Shown here piece after piece: positions 24,728 to 37,050 of a stretch of DNA of 49,553 nt. Origin of the DNA: Octopus bimaculoides (Eukaryota); contig NC_068989.1 in assembly GCF_001194135.2 (NCBI RefSeq), forward strand, positions 79,396,111 to 79,445,663. The letters run 5' to 3'. A program made the position numbers and the translations under genes. Position 1 is the first letter of the stretch, and each line of letters begins with the position of its first letter. The notes under the pieces are model-generated. The model did no database searches. It had not been told where the DNA came from and was given only the letters and a program-made list of their open reading frames with translations.

Positions 24728-24908
24728 AAGGCGGTGAGGTAGCAGAAACGTTAGCATGCCGGATAAAATTATAAGCAGCATTTCGTCCAGCATTACGTTC
24801 AAATTTCGGGGTCAATGAAATAAGTACCAGTGCTCAACTGGGGTCGATCGAATCGGCTTGAGCCCCTCACCCGAAATTGCTGGCCTAGTGCCAAAATTTG
24901 AAACTAGT
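24728..24908 (+). mobile_element. SINE-A (tail 3), internally deleted, plus strand
   Basis: AAGGCGGTGAGGTAGCAGAAACGTTAGC...GGGGTCGATCGAATCGGC...GGCCTAGTGCCAAAATTTGAAAC. Confidence 0.8.
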
Positions 24909-26478
24909 GTAGAAAACTTCCTTATTCTGGACCTTAGTAGAAGCTAGCACTATATAACTAACAAAGTTTCAAATATAACAACACAGCTTGTTAAAATACA
25001 AAAGGAAGGAAAAGAAGAAAAAAAATGAATAAAGCAAAAGCACAACGATTCTGATTGCATGTAATATGAGTTACCTAAACAGCTAGTGATCTATAGTGTA
25101 CTTGGTAATGCGGTGGTTCTGCTACTAACAAGCATATGGTTTGTGTCTTGACAATTACAGTGTCACTCTCCATCTAAAACTGGCGCTTATGATGTCTAAT
25201 ATCGTTTAGAGTACATTCGCTTGACTATAACATTTCTATAAAATTTGGTTCTGTTTACATAAAAAACAACTATTTGTTTCTTTCTGATTTCGATTAAATA
25301 AAAATAAAACTTTGCATTTTAGGGATACTACTTCGGCAACTACGGTGAAGTTTATTTTTCACTGAGGAGGTCTAAATAGACCAAAACATATAGAGTGTTG
25401 TCTCTCGCATTGTTGAAATGATTAAAATAATGTTAATAATTGATCTACTGCTACCACTTTTACTGTTAATTATAATGTTCAATACAGTAAATACGTTATC
25501 AATTACTTTAACCTTCTACCAACCTATATATATATATTTTGCTTACCGCAAAATATTCTTAATAGAAACCACCGATTTTCTTTACAAAATTATTGTCTTC
25601 TGTATTTCATCCGATTCAGTAATATAATTACTAAATTAATAGTATATTTGAAACGAAATTTTCAAAAACTGCATTTTATATGTATAATTTAGTTAGATAT
25701 TTAGTAATGTTTCATAACGTTAATTAGCTATACACAATTACTTTTCTAAATCCGAAATAATTAGAAATAATTGACTGCAAGGAATATTCTCTCGAAAAGT
25801 TTCCTGAGTCAATTCAATTTGAATAATATGAAATAATAGAGGGAAAAAAAAGAAAGAGATCACAGCTAAAAGATAAACTCCCTCTTAAAAGATAATACAA
25901 AATTATTATCACTATTCAGTAGACATATATTAAAGTTAATACATCTTGAAGCTGTAAACTTCGAAAATCAACAAGCAGAGTTATAATGCAAAATAAATTG
26001 TTGAAGATTACGCCAACAAAATCAATTACCTTCTAATGATTGCTTTTTCTATTGTAGCATAAAATATAACAGTGACAATTGCCGTTTAGATGTGAAATGT
26101 CTTATTTGATTAGCTCTACCAATGACATTTCTCTTAACAACAGGATTGCGGGCTACTAAAGATAAATTATAAAAAAAAAATATAATTACAAAGAGAAAAT
26201 AATATAAACACAAACCAAGAAGATAATAAAAACAGAAAAAAAACCCTGCATACACATAAACAACAAATAAGCAGATTGTATTTCGATGGACAAATAATTA
26301 CCTTGGCTATGTTCCAATAAGCCGCATTGATTGATAAGCGAACACAAACTTGAGTGATTTTGGTTTTTGAAAGTGTTGGTGGAAGATAAAGATTTATTGC
26401 TGATGGATATTCTGAAGAAGGGAGACAGCATATCGTTGAATGTGCTGCTTTTCCTTTGGGCCCCCATCTCCTTGATGA

Positions 26479-26863
26479 TGTTGTTGGCACTCTGTCGCTT
26501 ACGACATCGAGAGTTCCAGCTGATCCGATCAACAGAGCAGCCTGTTCGTGAAATTAACGTGCAAGTGGCTGAGCACTCCACAGACAAGTGTACCCTTAAC
26601 GTAGTTCTCGGGGATATTCAGCGTGACACAGTGTGACAAGGCTGACCCTTTGAATTACAGGCACAACAGAAACAGGAAGTAAGAGTAAGAGAAAGTTTAG
26701 GTGAAAGAGTACAGCAGGGTTCGCCACCATCCCCTGCCGGAGCCTCGTGGAGCTTTTAGGTGTTTTCGCTCAATAAACTCTCACAACGCCCGGTCTGGGA
26801 ATCGAAACCTCGATCCTATGACCTCGAGTCCGCTCCTCTAACCACTGGGCCATTGCGCCTCCA
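26479..26863 (-). mobile_element. SINE-D2, full length with 14-bp TSD
   Basis: Head GGAGGCGCAATGGCCCAGTGGTTAG...GGTTTCGATTCCC. TSD CATCTCCTTGATGA at 26465-26478 and 26864-26877. Tail shared with 18298-18620. Confidence 0.92.
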
Positions 26864-27384
26864 CATCTCCTTGATGAAGTCGTAGAGGAACCGTCATGTC
26901 ATATGGCATTTTCAAATCTGATGGAATCCACTCTTCTCCATGTCTGACTAGAAGACATTTCCTCTCGTAAAAGAGACAAACAGACAGATAAAAAGAAAGG
27001 GTGAAGAAAGAGAAGAGTCGACCCTTGTACAAGACTGATACTGTATGTCTGTATGTATTAATCCTCAAACGAACGAAAGACAAAGTTAGCTTCGGTAGGA
27101 TTTGAACCGAGAACATGGAACGATTATCGTAGAGTAATCTAAACGACAATGACAATTCTACTAATTGCTTGTCTGTCCCATTGGGAACCTCGGTGAGGGA
27201 AGTAACAAACCCATCTTGTTGTTCGTGTTGTTGCTTGTAATAGGTCAACTGTAATTAAGCACCCCTACGATCAATGACATCCAACCCATGACTATACTGT
27301 TTTCAAAGGCTATGTAGTAATACAGTATTTAATGAAATACAAGACGCATTCTTCCAAAATTTCTCAAAAATATATATATGAGTA

Positions 27385-27452
<68 letters not shown>

Positions 27453-27519
27453 TGAATACTTTATATAAATTAGAAAAAATAATCTAGAAAAAAATCAATT
27501 AGAAAAAATGTAAAAAATA

Positions 27520-27605
27520 AAAACTAAACTATATGAGTGGAAATCGAATGAGCGAGTGTGTTAAGTAACAAGGCACTAAAACAGAATGACTCTCCCCAGA
27601 CACAA
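27520..27605. repeat. Single arm of the foldback family seen at 10734-10950
   Basis: TGAGTGGAAATCGAA..AGCGAGTGTGTTA...GGCACTAAA..GAATGACTCTCCCC. The adjacent N gap may hide a partner arm. Confidence 0.7.
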
Positions 27606-27847
27606 TAATATATATNNNNNNNNNNNNNNNNNNNNNNNNNNNNNNNNNNNNNNNNNNNNNNNNNNNNNNNNNNNNNNNNNNNNNNNNNNNNNNNNNNNNN
27701 NNNNNNNNNNNNNNNNNNNNNNNNNNNNNNNNNNNNNNNNNNNNNNNNNNNNNNNNNNNNNNNNNNNNNNNNNNNNNNNNNNNNNNNNNNNNNNNNNNNN
27801 NNNNNNNNNNNNNNNNNNNNNNNNNNNNNNNNNNNNNNNNNNNNNNN

Positions 27848-27882
<35 letters not shown>

Positions 27883-27901
27883 TAATAATAATAATAATAA
27901 T

Positions 27902-27957
<56 letters not shown>

Positions 27958-28220
27958 CTAAAAACAGAAACAATTCCTATCATAGTAGGTGCCTTAGGTA
28001 TAATAAAAAAATATTCAGACAAATACATAACAAAAACACCAGGACTTACAAATATATATAACATACAGAAAATTGCACTACTGGGTACTGCACACATTCT
28101 ACGCAAAACACTTTCAATACAGTAAACATAAGAGCACCACAGCAAACCACAGCACATACCCAAGGCGCACAGAGCTGCGCTCGGTAGTGAAGTGAAAGCA
28201 CGTTATAAAAATAAAACTAC
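27958..28220 (+). mobile_element. R4/Dong-like RLE retrotransposon, 3' end only (subfamily 1), flanked by (TAA)n
   Basis: Intact frame LKTETIPIIVGALGIIKKYSDKYITKTPGLTNIYNIQKIALLGTAHILRKTLSIQ* (stop 28123-28125), then a 3' UTR. (TAA)n on both sides. Confidence 0.85.
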
Positions 28221-28504
28221 TGAACAATAATAATAATAAAAAGCAACAACAAAAGAATGAGACCTCGATAATGTGTGTGTGTGTGCTGTTCATTATAAAA
28301 CCACATTGTTTCCAAATAGGTAAAGAGGTGATTTACAGAGGGAGTAATGGGTGTTGGAGAGACGACTGTATGGAATACTACGAAACCAGCACACCAACTG
28401 GTTGAAATAGCAGAATACAAGTTTACGAAGAAGCCACTACGCGGGTACCCTACTTGCTAGAGATAACAACCGAATATAAACTCGCTCAAATCTTCCCTTC
28501 TATA

Positions 28505-28885
28505 CTTCCAAATTTTGGTACAAGGCCAGCAATTTCGAGGGGAGGGTCAACTGGTACCTATTTTATCCACCCCGAAAACATGAAATGCAAATTTGACCTC
28601 AGAACGTAAATACGGACGAAATGTTGCTAAGCGTTCTGCTCGGCCGCGGTAACGATTCTGCCAGCTCACCGCCTTACCCTACTATACTAAATAAAGATAT
28701 GATATTGGCTTCATATTTTGGCACAAGGCCAGCAATTTTAGGGGAGAAGGTAAGGCTACCGCAATACTTAGCTGATGCTTATTTTATCGATATCGAAAGG
28801 GACCAAAGGTAAAATTACCTCAGTGGTATTTGAACTCAGGACGTATTGACGGACGAAATATCGCAGAGCATTTTGCCTGGCGAAT
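28505..28885 (-). mobile_element. Two tandem SINE-A copies (tail 3)
   Basis: AAATTTTGGTACAAGGCCAGCAATTT and TTTTGGCACAAGGCCAGCAATTT, each followed by core and head remnants. Confidence 0.8.
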
Positions 28886-29003
28886 GAAAAATATATAGGG
28901 CTGGCTATAAGTTATCCGACAGTAAATCAGAAAGATATATAAGATATATTTTGCCTGGTGAAAGATATATAGGGCTGGCTATAAGTCATCCGACAGTAAA
29001 TCA
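28871..29003 (+). repeat. Local direct duplication, about 55-59 bp, period 78
   Basis: TTTTGCCTGG...TATATAGGGCTGGCTATAAGTYATCCGACAGTAAATCA at 28871 and 28949. Confidence 0.9.
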
Positions 29004-30175
29004 AAATTCCATAAATGTTATCTCTAATTCTATATTGACTCAAATGGAAAAATGTGTCACTCAAGAGAGACTTCAGTTTGAACAATTTTCATGACGTTTC
29101 ATATTCAGATGCTTTTATTAATTTCATTCAGTTTTTAAACATAAATAAATCTTGGAATTAAATGGTTTTGATTTTACTGTCAGGTGACTTTTGGCCAAGC
29201 CTGTAATATTGGGCAGTGTTAGGAAAAAAAAAAAAGATACGATTTTACGACTGAGAACGTCTTCGAACATAGATTTACTTGATCTAGAGTTCAACAACAA
29301 CAACAATAACAACGATAACATGGAGAAAATATTATAGTAAAGGTAGTAAACACAAACAGAAGTGCCGCAGCTCACAGACGTGTTACGTGTGAAAAATTCA
29401 TGTAAAAAGATTGAGGGAGAGAATCAAAAACAAGAATTATTCGGAATTTTAATTCTTTATATATAGAATTTCCCATAGACTGTTTACTCTGAATTATTCA
29501 TTTCTCAATCTTATTCTTTAAACACGGGGAAAACTGAATTTAATCCTATGGACATAAATATTGTCTTGTAGATGAGAAATAATCTTTTGAAATAAATGTG
29601 TGAACAGATTTTGAGATTTTAATTTTTTTTTACTTCATTGTAGTTTACCAAAAAGCAATAAGTCAAAATCATGTGTATGTATGTGTGTATGTCTATATAT
29701 GGCGTGATATATATGAATGTATGTAAGTATATATNNNNNNNNNNNNNNNNNNNNNNNNNNNNNNNNNNNNNNNNNNNNNNNNNNNNNNNNNNNNNNNNNN
29801 NNNNNNNNNNNNNNNNNNNNNNNNNNNNNNNNNNNNNNNNNNNNNNNNNNNNNNNNNNNNNNNNNNNNNNNNNNNNNNNNNNNNNNNNNNNNNNNNNNNN
29901 NNNNNNNNNNNNNNNNNNNNNNNNNNNNNNNNNNNNNNNNNNNNNNNNNNNNNNNNNNNNNNNNNNNNNNNNNNNNNNNNNNNNNNNNNNNNNNNNNNNN
30001 NNNNNNNNNNNNNNNNNNNNNNNNNNNNNNNNNNNNNNNNNNNNNNNNNNNNNNNNNNNNNNNNNNNNNNATATATATATACATATATATATATATGTAT
30101 GTGTGCATATATGTTTGTGTCGACTTTGTATTTTGTCTCCTCTGTGTTCAGCCTTCTGTGGCCAATAAAGAAACA

Positions 30176-30231
<56 letters not shown>

Positions 30232-30261
30232 CATCCATCTATCTATCTATCTATCTATCTC

Positions 30262-30319
<58 letters not shown>

Positions 30320-31898
30320 AGTCTGTCTCTCTGTCTATCAATCTGACTGTCTGTTTGTCTATCAATTTATTTGACTGTCTGTCTGTCTGTCCGTATATCT
30401 ATCTGACTGTCTGTCTATCTATCTATTATGATCTTGATTTTTGTATATATGTTTGTATGTACGCGCATGTGTGCGTATATACGTAAGTCAATGCATATAA
30501 ACTCATTTTTGTGTATTTATGCACGTATATATATATATGTTCGCGTGTGTGCGTGCGCGAATATACGCGTATATATATATATGNNNNNNNNNNNNNNNNN
30601 NNNNNNNNNNNNNNNNNNNNNNNNNNNNNNNNNNNNNNNNNNNNNNNNNNNNNNNNNNNNNNNNNNNNNNNNNNNNNNNNNNNNNNNNNNNNNNNNNNNN
30701 NNNNNNNNNNNNNNNNNNNNNNNNNNNNNNNNNNNNNNNNNNNNNNNNNNNNNNNNNNNNNNNNNNNNNNNNNNNNNNNNNNNNNNNNNNNNNNNNNNNN
30801 NNNNNNNNNNNNNNNNNNNNNNNNNNNNNNNNNNNNNNNNNNNNNNNNNNNNNNNNNNNNNNNNNNNNNNNNNNNNNNNNNNNNNNNNNNNNNNNNNNNN
30901 NNNNNNNNNNNNNNNNNNNNNNNNNNNNNNNNNNNNNNNNNNNNNNNNNNNNNNNNNNNNNNNNNNNNNNNNNNNNNNNNNNNNNNNNNNNNNNNNNNNN
31001 NNNNNNNNNNNNNNNNNNNNNNNNNNNNNNNNNNNNNNNNNNNNNNNNNNNNNNNNNNNNNNNNNNNNNNNNNNNNNNNNNNNNNNNNNNNNNNNNNNNN
31101 NNNNNNNNNNNNNNNNNNNNNNNNNNTATATATATATATATATATTGGTGGTGGATGTCCGTTGGAGCGGTTTCAGTTGCTATATTTTCTGAACTTTCTG
31201 TACTTGACTTATCTGAAAATTTTGAAATACGCGTACAATCCACTGAGGTCTATGGCAAATGGCATTTGCCCAAGACGACATTTTGTATATATCCCTATTA
31301 TATACAATCAGTTTGAATTGTAACAGGTTATTAATATCAATAGTATGGATGTGGGGAAATACTCTGGGCGAGTGTTTACCATACTAAACATAAATACGTT
31401 TGGCTCTCGCAAATTTTTCTCTCATTCACTTCATCGCATATGAGAATTACAGGAAGCGGTTGATATAATATTATAAGAGTGATAATTATATGTGAGCATC
31501 TCCACTGTTACTGCTGAGAAATGGATTAACGAAACCATAACATATTAAATGTTAGTGTTACTATCAGATAGTGTAATTAGAATTTTAATGAAAATTTGAA
31601 TTCATTTGAGGTTTAGCTCCACGCCATTTATAATCAGTATGCTTCTTAACTGTTGTATAAAAAATTGAAAAAACTAATATATATATTTTAATACACGATT
31701 ATTTATATAAGATTACCTATGATTAGATATTTTAAGATCTCTGTAATGAGTAAGAAAAAATATGTACACACTATGTATAGAATCTTCGATGTAATATTCG
31801 GATTTCTAATCCCGCCAAGATTTATCTACCAATGATTATCTTTCTTACAATAAGTGGCCCTCAGTGCACACCACGTGTGTAATATAGAAATGTAATGG

Positions 31899-32170
31899 AA
31901 GGTAGCGAGCATGCAGAATCGTTTGCACGCTGGGCATAATGCTTAGCGGCATTTCGTCCGTCTGTACGTTCTGAGTTCAAATTCCACCGATGTCGACCTT
32001 GCCTTTCATCCTTTCGGGGTCGATAAAATAAGTATCAGTCGAGCATTGGAGTCGATGTAATCGACTACCCCACCCTCCCCAAAATTTCAGGCTTTGTGCC
32101 TATAGTAGAAAGTAATCGACTAACTCACCTCCCCAGAAATTGCTGGCCTTGTGACAAAATTTGAAACCAA
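31899..32170 (+). mobile_element. SINE-A with two consecutive different tails (tail 1 then tail 3)
   Basis: Full head and core, then ...TTGTGCCTATAGTAGAAAG, then TAATCGACT...AAATTGCTGGCCTTGTGACAAAATTTGAAACC. Confidence 0.85.
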
Positions 32171-33797
32171 TAGAGATATGTAATGGCTTGATGGAAGTAG
32201 TTTCATGATCTTTTGTCGTACTTCCAATATTGGCTGGAGTATAGAGGAACGTTGCACAACTTATATGTTGTACTCAGCTTGGGGTCCTGGTTGCCATGTT
32301 TGCAACAATATGATGTCTTCTATAGCGAGTCAAGGACCGGATGGTAATGTTCAAATTGAGTGACAGAATATCTCAATAACGCCAACCCCTGTGAAGCAGA
32401 AGTTAGAATAATTGCCTTTTCTGTTGCTCTTCTCAATCAGTCTGGACTCATTGCATTCCCTACTCGTGTAATTTATGTTCTGTACTCGTCTGCTAAATTC
32501 ACTTTAATCCCTACGCCTGATCTTTCATCTATAGTGTTGGCCATTTTGTAATTCCCTCCTTGCACGCTTGTATACCTTTACGGTACTTTAAAGACGCCGC
32601 TCCTATCAGTCTTGAATAGCTTGGAAGCAACGGATTCATCCATTACTTCGGATGAAACCAATAGAAAAAATAAAGAAGGGGAAGAAAAACGTAACTTGTG
32701 CTAATCATTTGATTTGTTTCTATAAACCTTTCGTCTTCCTAACGTCACTCAAAAGACTTGGATCGAGCTGGGGGCTCTGGTATAAACACTTGCCAAAGGT
32801 AGGCACGTATGAAACCACAGAAATATCTTTGCTAGATGCATAGATGATTTAGCTGCTATTTTAAACTATACCTGTATTTAGATGAATAGATGAATAATTT
32901 ATAATATTCATCTAAAAACAATAAACGATATTGCAAAGAGATGATATCACTTAGAGGTATCACCTCGAATAACAGTATCACACACCCATAGAAAACAAAC
33001 ATAGAAAGATAATAATAAACTAGCGTAAACAATTTTCAAATAAAACATATGAATGGTAAAAAAAAAATTATATTGCTTTAACTAAAACAATTCATTTATC
33101 AAACATAACAATCATACTTTTAATGTAATTAAATATCTAGTATGAAAGAATAGCTTAATATGCAGAATATGTTTAGTTAGAATACAAATAAAAATTCGAA
33201 AATAAACAAATCACGATAAAAACTAATTTTCGACAAAAAAAGCAACAACAATCAAAAATGTGTAATGATAAAAAACAGTGTTAACTGGTAGCTATTCAAA
33301 AATTTCTCAGTAGTCAATAACATCAAAAGCAGCAACAAAAAATATAGAAGAAAAATGCTATTGTCATAATACGTTTGGAGTTTAATATTTTCTCGCATGA
33401 TATTTTTGCACGTAAATCATTGTAAGTTTTGTCGCTATTTTTCTTTCTCTCGTGTTTTCCGCCATTTTCGTAGTTATTGTTTGACACAAAATTAGTTTTG
33501 TTCAAGAACACTCACAGTCAAACGGAGTTCGATCCGTAACAGCCGGTCATTTTGTATATCAGGGACTACTTTTACCAGTATATTTATCATTATTTAACAG
33601 GCAAATAAATAAATAAATTTAGAATGATAGACGGAAAATCGTTGGGCGAGGTTAACCTCTTTTATTTGATGTGGGGCCCAAACATCGAGCTCGCTCACAT
33701 AACCAAGTGGATGCAAATGATTTTCGACACTCGACTTGGATATTTGGAGAATATCTGCGATCTACTACTGCTACTACTACTACTACAACTGCTGCTG

Positions 33798-33844
<47 letters not shown>

Positions 33845-33895
33845 GCTGCTGCTGCTGCTGCTGCTGCTACTACTACTACTACTACTACTACTAAT

Positions 33896-34073
33896 AATAC
33901 TTTCTGCTATAGGCACGAGGCCTGAATCTTGTGGGAAGGGACAAGTCGATTATATCGATTGATTACATCGGCCTCAGTGTTTCACTGGTATTTAATTTAT
34001 CGACCCCAAAAGGATGAAAGGCAAAGTTGAACTCAAAATGTAGCGTGCGAAATACTGCCAGCTCACCGCCTTA
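33896..34073 (-). mobile_element. SINE-A with internal deletions, next to a (CTA/CTG)n tract
   Basis: TTTCTGCTATAGGCACGAGGCCTGAA...ATCGACCCCAAAAGGATGAAAGGC...GCCAGCTCACCGCCTT. Confidence 0.85.
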
Positions 34074-34127
34074 ATAATAACAGCCATTAACACCTTGGCA
34101 CTTGTTGTTCAATATAGTTTTATCATT

Positions 34128-35385
34128 AACTATTAACATTTAAGAGCTTGCACCACCCAAAAGCAGACGTTGATCGTCAGTACTTATCTAGAAGTAATGG
34201 CGGAAGAGGAGTGTTGCAGTAAGAAATTTGCTGTAAGACCTCCGCAATAGCAATAAAAATGTAGTTATCTAGTAGAGAGGACTGGATGCTGCAGTCAAGT
34301 TCCTTGTTGGTAGCATCGGTATTTATTTGACATTCTAATGTCAAGGAAGCTTGCAAATTCGCAAGGAAACTTGCCATTACCTCCGAATTAGATGAAGAAC
34401 CTAAAACCACTGCCATAAAACAAGCAAAACGGATCAAGCAGACTGCAAAAGAAGAACGGGTAGAAACAAAACCAGGAGAGGTGGAGCCTGAAGCCTCTGC
34501 ATGGACAGTATATTCTTCGAAGTCGAAATGCTGATGTAGATCAAGCAACAACCCATCAGTGACTAAGAAGTTACGGACTGAAAGCAGAGACAGGAGGTTT
34601 CATATTGGCGGCATAAGATCAAAGCTTCCTTACCAGAAACTACCGAGCTAACGTTCTTCAGAACGGTTCTGACCATAAATTCAGTTTCTGTGACACATTT
34701 GACGAAATAATCGACCATCTCGTTTCGAGATGTCCTATGCTGACACCAAATGAATCGCCACGATAGGGTAGGACAGTATTTACATTGAAAAATATGCAAA
34801 CACTACAAAATCGGCACTCTTGCTTGTATGAACATCATACTGAGTCAGTCGCTGAAGGTAAAGATGTCACTATCCTCTGGGGTTTCCCAGTCAACACTGA
34901 CAGAACTATCCAGGTTAATCGACCAGACATAATTATTAAAGACTGGGGATAAAAAACCCGTAGACTAATAGATGTAAGTGTTCCCACCGATAAAAATATA
35001 TCTGTAAAGGAATGTGAGAAATTAAGTAAATAAAAGGACTTGGAAATTGAAATACAAAAGATGCGGCATCTTAAAGCAAGAACTGTTCTTATTAATGTAG
35101 GTACCCTAGGTATGATATAAAAGGGATGTCAGAAACATCTAGACAACATCCCAGGAGAACCATATCTCAGAGAAATTCTAAAGATTGTGCTGTCCTCATC
35201 CTTAGAAAAGCCCTATCAATTTAAATGCTTGTGTTGTATTACATAAAGATATTTCACTACTGTCCCCGCCACTTGCCCTCCCCAAGTTTTCAGTCATATT
35301 GTAACGTCTGTTATCCTTCACTTGCTCTTGGACACTGGGTGTGACTCGGCAAGTGATTGTAACAGACATGCAGATTAAAAGTAAA
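34128..35385 (+). mobile_element. R4/Dong-like RLE non-LTR retrotransposon, 5'-truncated pseudo-ORF plus 3' UTR (subfamily 2)
   Basis: LHHPKADVDRQYLSRSNGGRG; ERWSLKPLHGQY; HQ*LRSYGLKAETGGFILAA*DQS; decayed zinc knuckle (IDHLVSRCP..RHDRVGQYLH); RLE motif RPDIII...IDVSVP. Several stops and frameshifts. Ends in (AAC/AAT)n. Confidence 0.92.
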
Positions 35386-35482
35386 TAACAACAACAACAA
35401 CAATAATAATAACTTAAGAAAAAAGATATATGGAGAGAGCTTTGTATTTATAATAATAATAATAATAATAATAACAATAATA

Positions 35483-35531
<49 letters not shown>

Positions 35532-35684
35532 GGATGATGATGATGATGATGATGATGATAATGATGATGATGAGAAATGAAATGAAACCAATGCGTGTGT
35601 TTATTATTGTTATAATGATCTCACTGAGATACAACACAATATGTAGTTCTCTCAATATTTTCTTCATAACTCTTTCTTACTCCA

Positions 35685-35875
35685 TCCTTTCTACAATAGG
35701 CACAAGGCCTGAAATTTGCGCGTGGGGTATAGTCGATTACATCGACCCTAGTACTCAACTGGTACTTAATTTATCGAAAAGATGAAAGTTAAAGTCGACC
35801 TCAGAACGTAGCGACGGGCGAAATACCGCTGAGCGTTTCGTTCAGTGTGTTAACAATTCTGCCAGTTCGCCGCCT
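35685..35875 (-). mobile_element. SINE-A with small deletions
   Basis: CTTTCTACAATAGGCACAAGGCCTGAAATT...CTGCCAGTTCGCCGCCT. Confidence 0.85.
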
Positions 35876-36712
35876 CTTTCTTACTCCATCCTTCGTTATC
35901 GTGTCTTTCATTATAATTTTACCTTCAAGTTTGCTCTCGCTCAATATTTCTCGCCTCTATGTCTCCGTTCTCTTCTCAAACTCTCCCCATAGCATTATCG
36001 CCTCTTGATTTTTTCCTGTATTTTTATCTTGTTAATACAATTATCTGTGTTTGTCTGGATTTCTATATTTCAGTTTCAAACAGTCTTTCTATTTATTTTA
36101 TTTTTCTTTCGTTACCCTAACCCTTATTTCCCCCCAGAGTACACCATTGAAGCACGAACATACACGTATACACGCACTCACACACACACACGCACACACA
36201 CTCACGCACGCACACACACATACACATACTCACACACTCTAATACTCTCTCTCACACACACTCTTACACACACACTCTCTCCCACACCAATACACTACAT
36301 ACACATACGCAATCATACACAAACACAGACTCACTTTCTCTCTCTTTTCATACGCTTCTCAGAATTGTTATTACTTATTTTCCAGCACTCATCCGTCCAC
36401 TCATTGATTAATTCACTTCTATATTACAAGGTACCGTACCAGACATCTAAATAAATATTTAGTGCGAAAAATCAATCAGGAATCATTTCCCATACGGTTG
36501 TAATCTTATCGACAAGTTTGTTGAATAAATGTTATTATAAAAATAACAAATCATTGATTGTCATTAAAAATTAAATCTAAACCAAATTTGATTTTAACAA
36601 AAATAAAAAAAAAAAATGGTGATATGTTATATCAGTGAACTGCCGAAAAGAAAAAGAAAACAGAAAGTAAAGCGAGAAGATAGTTTTATCTCAAAATTTT
36701 ATTTACTATAAT

Positions 36713-36810
36713 TCTTTTCTGCTCTAGGCACAAGGCTCGAAATTTTAGGGGAGGGACCAGTCGATTAGATCGACCCCAGTGCGTAACTGGTACTTAATTT
36801 ATTGACCCCT
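36713..36810 (-). mobile_element. SINE-A 3' fragment
   Basis: TTTTCTGCTCTAGGCACAAGGCTCGAAATT...ATTGACCCC. Confidence 0.85.
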
Positions 36811-36884
36811 CTAATTGAATGTATGTGTGTGTGTGTGTGTATGTGTGTGTGTGTGTGTGTGCATGTGTGTGTATGAGGGCGCAT

Positions 36885-37050
36885 GGTTTAGTGGTTAGGG
36901 TGTTTCACTCAGGATTGCTTGATCGTGATTTCAATTCCTAGACCGGTTGGTGCTGCATTGTGTTCTTGAGTAAAACGCTCCATATCACGTTCCTCTGTGA
37001 TCATTTCGACACCTGACCCTCGGTACAATGTGCATCTGTTCATACAACTT
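36885..37050 (+). mobile_element. Diverged tRNA-headed SINE with a partial CORE-like domain
   Basis: GGCGCATGGTTTAGTGGTTAGGG...GATTTCAATTCC...TGTGTTCTTGAGTAAAAC. Confidence 0.6.

Larger units (their letters stand above)
27616..31125. other. Region with three assembly gaps (N runs at about 27616-27847, 29735-30070, 30584-31125), each next to microsatellites
   Basis: Direct inspection. Smaller gaps near 4141, 5606, 19606, 45530 and 47059. Confidence 0.98.

Noticed and set aside
26367-26636. ORFs overlapping 26.2-27.2 kb and 17050-17344
   Set aside because: They read largely through SINE sequence, and the same peptides recur at other SINE copies (e.g. 18412-18630).
31150-31316. LSVLDLSEN (LRR-like) and YGKWHL (sulfatase-like) words in one frame
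   Set aside because: Two unrelated short motifs, no further repeats or domain context, and next to a gap. Consistent with chance.
27524-31323. Long ORFs of 150-270 aa in the ORF track
   Set aside because: They run through N gaps (X residues) and microsatellites, so they are artefacts.
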